The position numbers and the translations under genes are program-made. Of a stretch of 64,000 nt of DNA, positions 1 to 9,539 are shown piece after piece; positions within the stretch are counted from its first letter, which is position 1, and each line of letters opens with the position of its first letter. Origin of the DNA: Patescibacteria group bacterium (GTDB lineage Bacteria > Patescibacteriota > Microgenomatia > UBA10105 > UBA927). Below the pieces are notes generated by a model. The model was given only the letters and a program-made list of their open reading frames with translations, was not told the DNA's origin and did not search any database. Location of the stretch: contig DATKGN010000012.1 of NCBI GenBank assembly GCA_035510735.1, positions 9,013-73,012 of the forward strand, read 5' to 3'.

Positions 1-195
1 GCGAAAGCTCTGGCAGTTAAGGAAGAAAAAAAGCCTGAGGATACGGCGGCCGAAATGCAGAAACAAATGGCAATTATCACACCCATCATGTTTGCGTATT
101 TTGCATTCCAATTCCCCGTGGGACTGGCGCTTTACTGGAATGTTTTTGGCCTTTTTGGTATCATGCAGCAACTCGCAATTAACCGCGAAAAGTGA
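1..195 (+). CDS. yidC: membrane protein insertase YidC, C-terminal fragment (5' end lies outside the window)
   Basis: Frame-1 translation ends ...PIMFAYFAFQFPVGLALYWNVFGLFGIMQQLAINREK*. The conserved YidC/Oxa1 C-terminal P-x-GL-x-LYW motif is present, and a jag/khpB gene follows, which is the classic yidC-jag operon. Confidence 0.7.
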   Translation, partial: AKALAVKEEKKPEDTAAEMQKQMAIITPIMFAYFAFQFPVGLALYWNVFGLFGIMQQLAINREK

Positions 196-270
196 GTATC
201 AGTGTGTCAGCGGCATCAAAGCGTCATCGCAAGGACGCATTGATACGATGAAACATTGACGCTTTTTACA

Positions 271-726
271 ATGGACAACAAAAAAACCGTTCAGACAACA
301 ACCGAAGATCTTCTTTCCCGCCTTGGTATAACGGGTACGGTATCCGTTGATATTGATGAAACCGAAGCGTACCGCGTCAACATTCAGACGGAAGAAACAG
401 GTCTCCTTATTGGATTCCACGGGAAAACGCTGGAGAGTCTTCAGATTATTTTAGGACTCATTGTGTCAAAAGATTTGGGCGCGTGGACGAAAGTCTATGT
501 CAATGTCGGTGACTATCGCGAAAAACGGGAAGAAGCACTCATGCTTATGGCTCAACAAGCGGCTGACCGTGCTATCACCATGGGCCGTCCGGTTGAGCTT
601 TCCCGGCTCTCAGCATCCGAACGCCGCGTTATTCATCTTACATTAAGCGGCGATGAACGGGTCGAGACAGAATCAGTTGGAGAGGGTTTACACCGCGTGC
701 TTCTCGTTAAACCGAAGGTTGCATAA
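271..726 (+). CDS. jag: Jag/KhpB-like RNA-binding protein (KH + R3H domains)
   Basis: ATG at 271 (MDNKKTVQ...); the ORF track begins at a TTG at 256. The C-terminal ASERRVIHLTLSGDERVETESVGEGLHRVLLV matches an R3H domain. It lies immediately downstream of yidC. Confidence 0.7.
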   Translation: MDNKKTVQTTTEDLLSRLGITGTVSVDIDETEAYRVNIQTEETGLLIGFHGKTLESLQIILGLIVSKDLGAWTKVYVNVGDYREKREEALMLMAQQAADRAITMGRPVELSRLSASERRVIHLTLSGDERVETESVGEGLHRVLLVKPKVA

Positions 727-789
727 TCCCCTTTTCTGCTCATTTTTATTTTTCTTCTTTCTGACGTATCATGAGGGGTAATCTCTGTC

Positions 790-2118
790 ATGAACAAGCT
801 CAACCGGATTCATAAATTATTATTTTACGCACTCCTTGTCTTACTGCCGACCCAAATAGGGCTTCATTTTTGGCCAGCGTGGACGTTTGTGCTGGGGAGG
901 CGTGTGGATTATCTCTCCCCCACCCTATTTTTAACGGATATTGTGCTTTTTGCTGTGTTGATGTTTTGGTTTCTCGATTCAGTGAAACATTTTAGAAAAA
1001 CCAAAAAAATAAATAAACCCTCAAAGATTAATCTGTTCATATTTCTTGCAGTCGGCATGCTCATCTGTTTTATTGTCGATAATACAATTCATGCATTGAG
1101 CATTCCGGTTGCTGTTCTCGCTTGGGTAAAGTTTTTTGAGTATATAGCCCTCGGGTTGTATATCGTAAAAACAAAACCTCGTGTTGGCATTGTCACTGTC
1201 TGTTTGGGGCTTGCGATGCTTTATTCATCAATCATTACAATTTTTCAATTTTTCCTCCAGCGTTCAATCGGCGGAATTTTGTGGTGGCTCGGTGAACGGA
1301 CGTTTTCGATTGGCACGCCCGGGATTGCTAAAATTGCATTATGCAATCTTATTCATTCATCCTGTCCGCTTTATCTTCGGCCATACGCCACATTTCCCCA
1401 CCCGAATGTATTAGGCGGATTTTTAGGAGTGGCACTTCTACTGGTGGGAACAATTCCTCATGAAGATGTACGAAAACTTTTACCCCGTGGAGTACGGATT
1501 CAGGAGCCGTTATTATCATTTCTACAGTTCATTCTTTTGGGTGCTGGTGGGGTGTCGTTAATTCTCACATTCAGCAGAAGCGCATGGGCGATGGTTCTAT
1601 TGGCAGTAGTTGCCATCGGGATATCGAAACGAGTGAATGCACTAAAATTTCGTGCAATACTCGGCGGAGCAATCGTATTTTTTGCGGTTATGATTTTCTA
1701 TATCTTCTCTGCTCATTTTTCCGATGAATCACTTATTGTCCGCGAACAATTAAACAGCGCTGCATTCTCCATAATACAGTTTCATCCGTTTATTGGCGTT
1801 GGCTTGGGAAATTTTTTAGTTGCACTCCCCTCTTTTATTCCGTCTCGCGAAGTATATTTTCTTCAGCCGGCGCATAATATTTATCTGCTTCTTCTTTCAC
1901 AGATTGGTTTTTTCGGCATCGCGCTATTGATCGTATTTGCTTATTTTTTGATTCTTCAATTCAAAAAAAATGGTAGAAGCTTCGGGTTTAAAAATAAACG
2001 TTCTGTTTTTCGGATATGTCTGCTTGGGTTACTTTTTATCGGACTTATTGATCATTACTCAGTAACATTACAGCAGGGACAACTGCTCCTCACACTCCTC
2101 ATCTCCATGAGTCTTTAG
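790..2118 (+). CDS. O-antigen ligase / Wzy-like polytopic membrane protein
   Basis: 442 aa with at least 10 predicted TM helices and a large loop, consistent with the O-antigen ligase / Wzy_C family; adjacent to a Wzx-like flippase. Confidence 0.5.
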   Translation: MNKLNRIHKLLFYALLVLLPTQIGLHFWPAWTFVLGRRVDYLSPTLFLTDIVLFAVLMFWFLDSVKHFRKTKKINKPSKINLFIFLAVGMLICFIVDNTIHALSIPVAVLAWVKFFEYIALGLYIVKTKPRVGIVTVCLGLAMLYSSIITIFQFFLQRSIGGILWWLGERTFSIGTPGIAKIALCNLIHSSCPLYLRPYATFPHPNVLGGFLGVALLLVGTIPHEDVRKLLPRGVRIQEPLLSFLQFILLGAGGVSLILTFSRSAWAMVLLAVVAIGISKRVNALKFRAILGGAIVFFAVMIFYIFSAHFSDESLIVREQLNSAAFSIIQFHPFIGVGLGNFLVALPSFIPSREVYFLQPAHNIYLLLLSQIGFFGIALLIVFAYFLILQFKKNGRSFGFKNKRSVFRICLLGLLFIGLIDHYSVTLQQGQLLLTLLISMSL

Positions 2119-2176
2119 CTTTTATATTATTTCAATAAATTTTCGCAATGCCGGCTAGGCATGGTACAATACTTTT

Positions 2177-3481
2177 ATGCCTCAGATGCCTCGAATTAGT
2201 CACTCGGTCCCGAAACAACTTGCGTGGAATACATCGGCTCAGATAGCCGCCCGTGGTATTAGTGCATTGACGACCCTTCTCATGACAATCTTTATTGCAC
2301 GTCATTTTGGTGCGAACGGGTACGGAGATTTTGTTAAAATTACCACGTATATTGCGTTTTTTTATCTTCTTGCAGACTTCGGGTTTAACGCCGTCTACCT
2401 CCAACGGACCCCCTTATCAGCCGGCACCGACGAGAACATTAATGATTCCGCTTGGGAGGATTTACTGGAACTTCGTATAACGGTAGGTTGTTTGCTTGTT
2501 ATCATTGCGGGTGCCTCAGCGTTCATCTTGCCTCAGGGGCCAGCCGGCGGATACACACGCTTTGTACAATTAGGAATACTTCTGTTTGCGCCGTCCATCC
2601 TTTTCCAGGCGATGATCACTTCGGCTAATGCTCTATTCCAAAAATATCTTCGATATGATCTTTCGACGGTTGCTGTGACGATAGGATCATGTATCTCACT
2701 TTTACTAGTCATTCTCGTGACACAGGGAATAATTCCCGGAAACACAATACTCTATTCAACAACCGCGCTATTGGTCGGCGCGGCGGCGACTGCACTTATT
2801 TCACTGTATCTCACCCGGAGACTGCAGATAACCCATTATTCAAGTGTATCGTGGGTGCGTATCCGATCGTTATTTATTGAAGGCTTGCCGCTAGGGGTGA
2901 CACTCCTTTTTAATCTCGTTTACTTCCGGATTGACAGTGTGATACTAACAATCACGAGATCGACTGCAGAAGTTGGTATTTACGGACTTGCATATAAAGT
3001 ATTTGAACTTCCGTTGGTTCTTCCGACGTTTTTCATGAATGCACTTTACCCGATGATGCTCCGTATCACACAAAATACATTTTCGGAAGAGCGGTCATTA
3101 CGGGATGTTGTTTTTAAGTCCAGCGCATTTCTTTTTCTCACATCGCTCATCGTCTTTATTATTGTATGGATAGGTGCGCCGATTGTCGGATTCATTAAAA
3201 ATGATTTTGTTCCGGCGATCGCGGTTCTTCGGATTTTGATTATCGGGCTTCCGTTTTTCTTTCTTTCAAGTCTCACCATGTGGACCCTCATTGCTCACAA
3301 ACGGCAAAAAATGCTGGCGGCTATTTATGGAATTTCGATGGTACTTAATGTTGTATTAAACGCTTTATTTATCCCCCGATTCGGATATATTGCTGCCGCC
3401 TGGATCACTGTAATATCGGAGGGATTTGTTCTTCTTGTCTCAGGCATTGCGGTCATTCCGTTGTTGCATAAGGGGAAATAA
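2177..3481 (+). CDS. oligosaccharide/polysaccharide flippase (MOP/Wzx family)
   Basis: 434 aa, about 12-14 TM helices, N-terminal pattern typical of Wzx/MATE-like polysaccharide biosynthesis proteins. Confidence 0.55.
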   Translation: MPQMPRISHSVPKQLAWNTSAQIAARGISALTTLLMTIFIARHFGANGYGDFVKITTYIAFFYLLADFGFNAVYLQRTPLSAGTDENINDSAWEDLLELRITVGCLLVIIAGASAFILPQGPAGGYTRFVQLGILLFAPSILFQAMITSANALFQKYLRYDLSTVAVTIGSCISLLLVILVTQGIIPGNTILYSTTALLVGAAATALISLYLTRRLQITHYSSVSWVRIRSLFIEGLPLGVTLLFNLVYFRIDSVILTITRSTAEVGIYGLAYKVFELPLVLPTFFMNALYPMMLRITQNTFSEERSLRDVVFKSSAFLFLTSLIVFIIVWIGAPIVGFIKNDFVPAIAVLRILIIGLPFFFLSSLTMWTLIAHKRQKMLAAIYGISMVLNVVLNALFIPRFGYIAAAWITVISEGFVLLVSGIAVIPLLHKGK

Positions 3482-3531
3482 TATTTCCTTGGTTGCGAAA
3501 TAATTCATTTTATTGTAACGTATTACATCTT

Positions 3532-3984
3532 ATGAAACTCATTGTTCACACGGATGGCGGAGCGAGGGGAAATCCGGGGCCCAGCGCGGTCGGCGTTGTC
3601 ATTGAAGAGATTACACAGATGCAGGGGGCGCCCCAAAAGAAAAAAATAATTCAAGAATTCGGTAAGACAATAGGGGAGACAACAAACAACGTCGCAGAAT
3701 ACACGGCAGTAATTGAGGCACTCGAGTGGATAACCAATAATCCAATCAACCAATCAACCAATCAACCAATAATCCAATTTTATTTAGACTCAACATTGGT
3801 TGTTAATCAACTCAATGGGATTTTTAAAGTAAAAGATGCGAGGTTACGTGAGTTACTTATGAAAGCGAAAATTCTTGAACAAGGAATAGACGGTTCAATT
3901 CAGTACAACTCCGTCCCAAGAGAACAAAACACGCGTGCAGATTATCTTGTGAATAAAGCGCTCGATGATAAATTAGTTGCTTAG
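3532..3984 (+). CDS. ribonuclease H (RNase HI-like)
   Basis: MKLIVHTDGGARGNPGPSAVGVV...NNVAEYTAVIEALEW...TRADYLVNKAL. The DGG/E/D/D catalytic residues and a C-terminal NxxAD motif of type-1 RNase H are present. The track start at 3493 is upstream and in frame, but the ATG at 3532 fits the family N-terminus. Confidence 0.65.
   Translation: MKLIVHTDGGARGNPGPSAVGVVIEEITQMQGAPQKKKIIQEFGKTIGETTNNVAEYTAVIEALEWITNNPINQSTNQPIIQFYLDSTLVVNQLNGIFKVKDARLRELLMKAKILEQGIDGSIQYNSVPREQNTRADYLVNKALDDKLVA
3744..3775 (+). repeat. tandem octamer repeat (CCAATCAA x about 3.5) in frame inside the RNase H CDS
   Basis: Sequence ccaatcaaccaatcaaccaatcaaccaataatcc, translated NPINQSTNQPIIQ, forms an extra loop between conserved RNase H blocks. 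Confidence 0.6.
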
Positions 3985-4048
3985 AGTTTAGAACTTAGCA
4001 TATGAGAGCGCAAGATGTACTTTTTATTTTACTAAACTCTTTGCTCTC

Positions 4049-6820
4049 GTGTTGCTAGGCCCTGAAGTCTCCGTGTGTCTAATCCCCTCATGTCGGGTAG
4101 CGCGTATAATGCGTGAACCCCTCCCGTATTTTTCAGTTGTTTTCGGTCAATTGAAATGCCATAATACAACGGCGGAATTTCCGTCTTTTATGGACCCTGC
4201 CAACGAACCAGCGTGGATAAACGAAACTTCTGCTCTCCCGATAGCGCACATTGACGCCCAGGATGAGAGGCGTGTTATCGCCCTGCGGGAATATCTTGAA
4301 TCGAACGGTTGCCAGGTGGCCGTTAATAAACATCCCGACGGAACCGTTTCATATCATATTGCAGTCGGCGATTATTCGTTTGTGAAATCTATTTTTTCAT
4401 CCGAACCCGACACTGCCGAATTACGACTGTCCATTGTCACCGGTTTATTCCCACCTGACGCGGAGAAGCAGTCGAGAGCATTCGGGAAAATTATTGTCAC
4501 AGATGATGAAGTATTTACCCCGGAAGATGTTGTTGAAATCTTTGCATTTTTCTTTGCGGGAAATGATGCGTTCTATGATAAAAGACGAAACGTACATGAG
4601 CATGCACCCGTTGAGGCGAACTCCGGAGTCGGGATTGAGCCACCGGTAACAGCTGAAGATGTTACACAACAGGTTCCGGTGAAAAAGCAGGAATCATCGC
4701 GAGACGGAATTGCACAACTCTTTGAAAACGCCAGTGATAAAGATCGGATAGGAACTATTATTTCCGATGTATATAAAGAAGACTTGGGAAACGACGAGCC
4801 TTCGCAGGTTGCGAAAAAAAATAAACGGAGAAAACGAAAATTACAAAAAGGCATCGGGTTTGTGATGCTCTTTATTTTTTTCATGATGGTAGTTCCGTTT
4901 ATTTGGTATTTTGTGAGTGTCAGCGCAACACTTGCCTCATTTGCCGAGGAAAGTATCCAGTTGAAACAAAGCAATACGACGATCGCTTCGGAACTAAACG
5001 TTGTCGGACACTATTGGTTACAACAATCACGATTTTCGTTTGGACTAGTCAGTGCCCCTTTTCGAATTTTAGGATTTGATGATGTGGTCCGCGGACAGGA
5101 ACGCCTCATTTCTTTTTTGACGGATATTTCTTCGGCGTTTAGTGATTCATTCACCATAATGAAATACGGAAACTCAGTAGCGACTCAGGTACTGTCAGGG
5201 AATAACTCTCCCAACGCCGGATCGCCGGTTTATGCAATGGATCAATTGCGGTTAACCGTCGAATCGTCAACCGGAACTTTAGGGTTAGCGGAAGCTCAGC
5301 TTTCAACGCTCATGAGGGACGGGACGTTTCCATTCTCAATAGGACTGATCAGTTCAGCGGGTGCACAGGCATTACAGTCACTTGCGACACTTCGAAGTGT
5401 TTTGTCGTATGTCGATCAATTACTCATTTTGTATCCTCAGATTACCGGATTTCGTGGACAAAAAACGTATCTCGTGCTTTTACAAAACAGTAATGAACTT
5501 CGGCCGACCGGGGGATTTATCGGAAGCGTCGGACTTATGCATGTTGAAGATGGTGCGGTCTCTGACTTTACGATTCAGGATGTCTATGCCGTTGACGGAC
5601 AGCTCAAGGGGCACGTCGATCCGCCGGGACCGCTAAAGGACCTTATGAACGCGGAACACTGGTACCTCCGTGACAGTAATTGGAATCCTGATTATTTTGA
5701 AAGCGCAACGCAATCGGCGTGGTTTTATCAGAAAGAAACGGGTGTTACGGTTGATGGCGTTATCGCGCTTAATGTTCCGGTTGTTGTTGATTTACTCAAA
5801 GCAACGGGTCCGATTTATCTCCCTGACTATAACGACCGGATTTCTGCCGATAATTTTTTCGGCAAATCATTTTATTACACACAGCATGATTTTTTCCCCG
5901 GGTCGACGCAAAAGAGCGATTTCCTGGGCACATTATCGAGGGCACTGTTGACGACAATCACTTCTGAAAAAAATATAAATCCGATTCTTATTTTCCGTGC
6001 AATAGCAACCGGTCTTGCAAGAAAAGATATCTTGTTTATGTTTACTGACGCTCCTGTACAACAATTGGTTGAATATTTCGGGTGGGCGGGGAGGATGTTT
6101 CAAACTGAGGGGTGTAGCGGAGTTGATAAAACGTTCTGTGTGTTTGATCCATTTGCAGCTGTCGAAGCAAATGTCGGCGTCAATAAAGTAAATTATTTTA
6201 TAAAACGGTCGGCAAATCGGCAAATTGTTATTGCTCCTGATGGCACGGTTTCCGAATCATATTCGCTGACGCTTCGGAATACGTCAAATGAATCAAATGC
6301 CGGAAAAACAAAAGGTGTCGGCGGGGCGTATCTTTCATATCTGCGGTTTTATATTGCGGGAGACGCACTTGTAAACGATGTCACGCTGGACGGACAACCG
6401 GTCCCGTCGCGTGACCCAAAGCAAAAGATCGCACCCAGAGTGCCTTATATAGAAACAACACAGGCTCCTGAGGGGGCGAGAGGAATTGGCGTTGCGTTTT
6501 CGATAGATCCCGGAGTTGAACGAACCCTGAGGATTTCATACAAACGTTCGACTCGTCTCTCATTCGGTCGTGGTGGCGCGACCCTTGACTTACTATATTA
6601 TAAGCACCCGGGAGTGAGTGATCAGAATTTGTCAACCGTTATACAATACCCGTTGTATTGGGGCGCACAAGATGAGTCTCCCCGGCAAGAAGAAACAGTA
6701 GCAGGAGGCTTTTTGTCGGGCTCATCACAGAGCCCGTCGTTGGTTGCAAAAGAGGGGCAACTCGAGTACAATACGACAATCGTTCAGGATCAGTCAAATC
6801 GCATTCTTTTTTCAAAATGA
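4049..6820 (+). CDS. large membrane-anchored protein with a DUF4012-like C-terminal domain
   Basis: 923-aa ORF with a Lys/Arg-rich segment followed by a TM helix (KKNKRRKRKLQKGIGFVMLFIFFMMVVPFIWYF). The large extracytoplasmic part (LRPTGGFIGSVGLMHVEDGAVSDFTIQDVYAVDGQLKGHVDPPGP...) resembles DUF4012 proteins as I recall them. The true start may be an internal Met (for example 4109). The stop overlaps the rplY start as ATGA. Confidence 0.5.
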   Translation: MLLGPEVSVCLIPSCRVARIMREPLPYFSVVFGQLKCHNTTAEFPSFMDPANEPAWINETSALPIAHIDAQDERRVIALREYLESNGCQVAVNKHPDGTVSYHIAVGDYSFVKSIFSSEPDTAELRLSIVTGLFPPDAEKQSRAFGKIIVTDDEVFTPEDVVEIFAFFFAGNDAFYDKRRNVHEHAPVEANSGVGIEPPVTAEDVTQQVPVKKQESSRDGIAQLFENASDKDRIGTIISDVYKEDLGNDEPSQVAKKNKRRKRKLQKGIGFVMLFIFFMMVVPFIWYFVSVSATLASFAEESIQLKQSNTTIASELNVVGHYWLQQSRFSFGLVSAPFRILGFDDVVRGQERLISFLTDISSAFSDSFTIMKYGNSVATQVLSGNNSPNAGSPVYAMDQLRLTVESSTGTLGLAEAQLSTLMRDGTFPFSIGLISSAGAQALQSLATLRSVLSYVDQLLILYPQITGFRGQKTYLVLLQNSNELRPTGGFIGSVGLMHVEDGAVSDFTIQDVYAVDGQLKGHVDPPGPLKDLMNAEHWYLRDSNWNPDYFESATQSAWFYQKETGVTVDGVIALNVPVVVDLLKATGPIYLPDYNDRISADNFFGKSFYYTQHDFFPGSTQKSDFLGTLSRALLTTITSEKNINPILIFRAIATGLARKDILFMFTDAPVQQLVEYFGWAGRMFQTEGCSGVDKTFCVFDPFAAVEANVGVNKVNYFIKRSANRQIVIAPDGTVSESYSLTLRNTSNESNAGKTKGVGGAYLSYLRFYIAGDALVNDVTLDGQPVPSRDPKQKIAPRVPYIETTQAPEGARGIGVAFSIDPGVERTLRISYKRSTRLSFGRGGATLDLLYYKHPGVSDQNLSTVIQYPLYWGAQDESPRQEETVAGGFLSGSSQSPSLVAKEGQLEYNTTIVQDQSNRILFSK

Positions 6821-7539
6821 AAAAATACACACTTACCGGTGAGAAGCGTGAGCTCGTTGGAAAAAAAGTAAAACATCTTCGTCGTGAGGGGAAATTGCCG
6901 GCGACGATATACGGAAAAAAAATAAAAAGTGCTTCAATCTCCATATCTACTGACGCATTTCATAAGGTGTACGAAGAGGCGGGGGAGACGGGACTAGTTC
7001 AACTGTCAGTAGGCGGTGATACCCGGCCTGTTCTTATTCACAGCGTTCAGGTTGATCCGGTGTCGTACGTACCACTCCATGTCGAATTTCATCAAGTAGA
7101 TTTGAAGGAAAAGGTACATGCAAAAGTATCTGTTGAATTGACAGGGGACAGCCCCGCAATTGCGCAAAAATTGGGCGTTCTTCTGTCGGTTCTTAGGGAT
7201 GTTGAGGTCGAAGCATTGCCGACAGATTTGCCCGAAAAAATTTTGGTCGATATTTCAAAACTCGCCGAGGTGAATCAGGAGTTAAAGGTTAGTGATCTCT
7301 CTGTGGCCTCCGGGGTTACTGTGTTAACTGACGGTACTCTGACCATTGTAAAAGTTGGTCCTCTCGTCACCAAGGAAGCGGAAGCACTTGCCGCTTCCGA
7401 AGCCGCCGCAGCAGCTGAAGCCGCCGCACTCAAAGCAGAAGCTGCAACTCCGACCACAGAAGGACAAGTTCCGGCCGCAGAGGGTGCCCCCGCAAAACCT
7501 GAAGCCGCTCAGAACGAAGAAAAGAAGACAACCTCTTAA
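6817..7539 (+). CDS. rplY: 50S ribosomal protein L25 / general stress protein Ctc, with an Ala/Glu/Pro-rich C-terminal tail
   Basis: MKKYTLTGEKRELVGKKVKHLRREGKLPATIYGKK... is a typical L25/Ctc N-terminus. The C-terminal about 70 aa are low-complexity (AAAEAAALKAEAATPTTEGQVPAAEGAPAKPEAAQNEEKK). Confidence 0.75.
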   Translation: MKKYTLTGEKRELVGKKVKHLRREGKLPATIYGKKIKSASISISTDAFHKVYEEAGETGLVQLSVGGDTRPVLIHSVQVDPVSYVPLHVEFHQVDLKEKVHAKVSVELTGDSPAIAQKLGVLLSVLRDVEVEALPTDLPEKILVDISKLAEVNQELKVSDLSVASGVTVLTDGTLTIVKVGPLVTKEAEALAASEAAAAAEAAALKAEAATPTTEGQVPAAEGAPAKPEAAQNEEKKTTS

Positions 7540-7542
7540 TTG

Positions 7543-8112
7543 TTACGGATTTCCTTTTTGGATTTCAGTTATAAGTGAATTGAGCGCCTGATCATTGGGG
7601 TCCAGCGTCTGTGCTTTTTGTAAATAACCTAAGGCTTCCTGAGTGTTTCCGAGTTCGTACGCGAACGTTCCGGTCATGATATACGCATCCCGATAGTCGG
7701 GTTTTTGTACAGTGACACCTTTCCAATATGCGTAATTTTGTTTGAGTTGTTGGGGCTCACCCTGCCATTCCTTGAGAAACGCAGCAGGATCGGTTGTTGC
7801 CCCTAAGACATTTCCGCCTGTGGCATGATAGAGGTCTTCGGCAAGGGTCATCTCCCGTTTTGCATTTTGAGGTAATCCTTGTTTCCAGAAAAAATTTGCA
7901 AGCGCCATATGGCTTTGTGTAGAGAAAGGGGACAGAAGCGTATTTGTAAATAGCATCGAGAATGAAAGGGGGGTGCGGATGATTACTTTTGAGTTAACTA
8001 AAAAAAGTGCCATTAATAAAGCCCAAAGTGTTATTCTGCCTCCCCAATGAAGTGTTTTCATAATTGGTGGTGCGGAGAATAATCGGGAAATCTGCGGGAA
8101 TTTTAGCTTCAT
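7543..8112 (-). CDS. TPR-repeat protein with an N-terminal TM anchor
   Basis: 189 aa; N-terminal hydrophobic helix, then TPR-like repeats (AYWKG...YRDAYIMTGTFAYELGNTQEALGYLQKAQTLDPND). Confidence 0.5.
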   Translation of the reverse strand: MKLKFPQISRLFSAPPIMKTLHWGGRITLWALLMALFLVNSKVIIRTPLSFSMLFTNTLLSPFSTQSHMALANFFWKQGLPQNAKREMTLAEDLYHATGGNVLGATTDPAAFLKEWQGEPQQLKQNYAYWKGVTVQKPDYRDAYIMTGTFAYELGNTQEALGYLQKAQTLDPNDQALNSLITEIQKGNP

Positions 8113-8158
8113 AGACGTTGTGTGTGCTATATTGTAGGGAGCCTAAAGGAGTTTTGCA

Positions 8159-8875
8159 ATGGTCACACCAATAAATGATCGAAACCGTATTGATAAGCTA
8201 CTGTCTTTTCTTGCTGCATCGTATCCAAAAGCGAAAATTGTTCTTCATTATAAAACATCGTGGGAACTTTTAGTCTCGGTTATTTTATCAGCACAGTGTA
8301 CTGACGTCATGGTTAATAAAGTTACCGAGAAGCTTTTTGCAAAATATAGAACCCTTGGAGACTATGTCGCGGCCCCAATCAGTGACTTTGAAAAGGACAT
8401 TAAATCTACAGGGTTCTATCACAATAAAGCAAAGAATATCGTAGCGTCAGCAAGGATGGTTAAAGAAAAATTTGGCGGGAAAGTGCCGAGAACCATGGAA
8501 GAGATACTGACTCTGCCGGGCGTTGCACGAAAAACTGCTAATGTTGTGTTGGGAAATGCATACGGCGTTATTGAAGGGATTGCGGTCGATACGCACGTCC
8601 ATCGTCTAAGCCAACGACTACGCCTTATCGATTTGACGAAAATCGGAGGAAAGAAACTTATGGTGTTTGAGTATGGTGGCAAACCTGTTGTCGATTATAT
8701 AAAGGATGCCGACCCTACAAAAATCGAAAAAGAACTTATGGGCGTCATTCCGCGCGATCAGTGGTTTACCATCAACCACCGACTGATTGATCATGGTCGC
8801 GCTGTATGTAAAGCACAAAATCCGGATTGCGACAATTGTGTACTTAATAAACTCTGTCCATCATCTCGGGTATAA
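8159..8875 (+). CDS. nth: endonuclease III (DNA glycosylase/AP lyase, HhH-GPD family)
   Basis: HhH-GPD motif (LPGVARKTANVVLGNAYGV...GIAVDTHVHRL) and a C-terminal 4-Cys [4Fe-4S] cluster loop (CKAQNPDCDNCVLNKLC). Confidence 0.75.
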   Translation: MVTPINDRNRIDKLLSFLAASYPKAKIVLHYKTSWELLVSVILSAQCTDVMVNKVTEKLFAKYRTLGDYVAAPISDFEKDIKSTGFYHNKAKNIVASARMVKEKFGGKVPRTMEEILTLPGVARKTANVVLGNAYGVIEGIAVDTHVHRLSQRLRLIDLTKIGGKKLMVFEYGGKPVVDYIKDADPTKIEKELMGVIPRDQWFTINHRLIDHGRAVCKAQNPDCDNCVLNKLCPSSRV

Positions 8876-8878
8876 CCC

Positions 8879-9466
8879 ATGAATCAAACGATAGGTATAA
8901 AAGTCATACCGCTCACTATTCTAAACGGAAAATTAATAACGTTTGTATATAACGGTCGAACCCCGTCACGCATTTGGGAAAAGAATGTGACCCTTGAAGC
9001 TACGACTGCACAAATAATACAAACAATTGTCGGACTTGATCCCGGCGACGGATATATCGAACAACTTTATACCATTTCCCGTCCACAGGAGAGAGATTTT
9101 GATATCGCGATCGTTTACTATTTCTTAGTAGCACAGGCACATATTGTGAGTCCTGAGGGTTGGACTGAACGGGTTCACGCGTTAGACCACCCGCTTATCT
9201 CGTATGCAACGCAACGGCTTCGGTGGAAAATCGAATATACGAACGTCGTATACAGCTTATTACCAAATGAGTTTGTGTTAGGGGAATTGCAGCGGGTCTA
9301 CGAAGCAATACTCGGTCGGACGCTCGACAAGAGAAATTTCCGTAAAAAGATTCTTTCCCTCCGCATGCTTGATGACACGGGTAAGAAGCGTTCGCAGGGA
9401 CGCTCAAGGCCCGCTGAAGTATACCGGTTTAAAACGCGCAAACCCACAATTGTTGAAGTCCTCTAA
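8879..9466 (+). CDS. nrtR: NrtR-family transcriptional regulator (Nudix-like N-domain without a Nudix box, plus a C-terminal winged helix)
   Basis: The C-terminal half (LISYATQRLRWKIEYTNVVYSLLPNEFVLGELQRVYEAILGRTLDKRNFRKKILSL) matches the NrtR DNA-binding wHTH signature. It sits directly upstream of pncB-pncA-nadE. Confidence 0.55.
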   Translation: MNQTIGIKVIPLTILNGKLITFVYNGRTPSRIWEKNVTLEATTAQIIQTIVGLDPGDGYIEQLYTISRPQERDFDIAIVYYFLVAQAHIVSPEGWTERVHALDHPLISYATQRLRWKIEYTNVVYSLLPNEFVLGELQRVYEAILGRTLDKRNFRKKILSLRMLDDTGKKRSQGRSRPAEVYRFKTRKPTIVEVL

Positions 9467-9520
9467 CAGTTTCCTTATTGACCTCTGTCTTATCTTCGTG
9501 TACTTTTAACACTATATATT

Positions 9521-9539
9521 AAGTGTACAATATACACTT
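9521..9539. promoter_or_regulatory. candidate NrtR operator: a 7-5-7 palindrome AAGTGTA-CAATA-TACACTT overlapping the pncB start region
   Basis: Perfect inverted 7-mers at 9521-9527 and 9533-9539, with an upstream half-site-like GTGTAC at 9498-9503. The position between nrtR and the first NAD salvage gene is the canonical place for an NrtR site. Confidence 0.35.
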
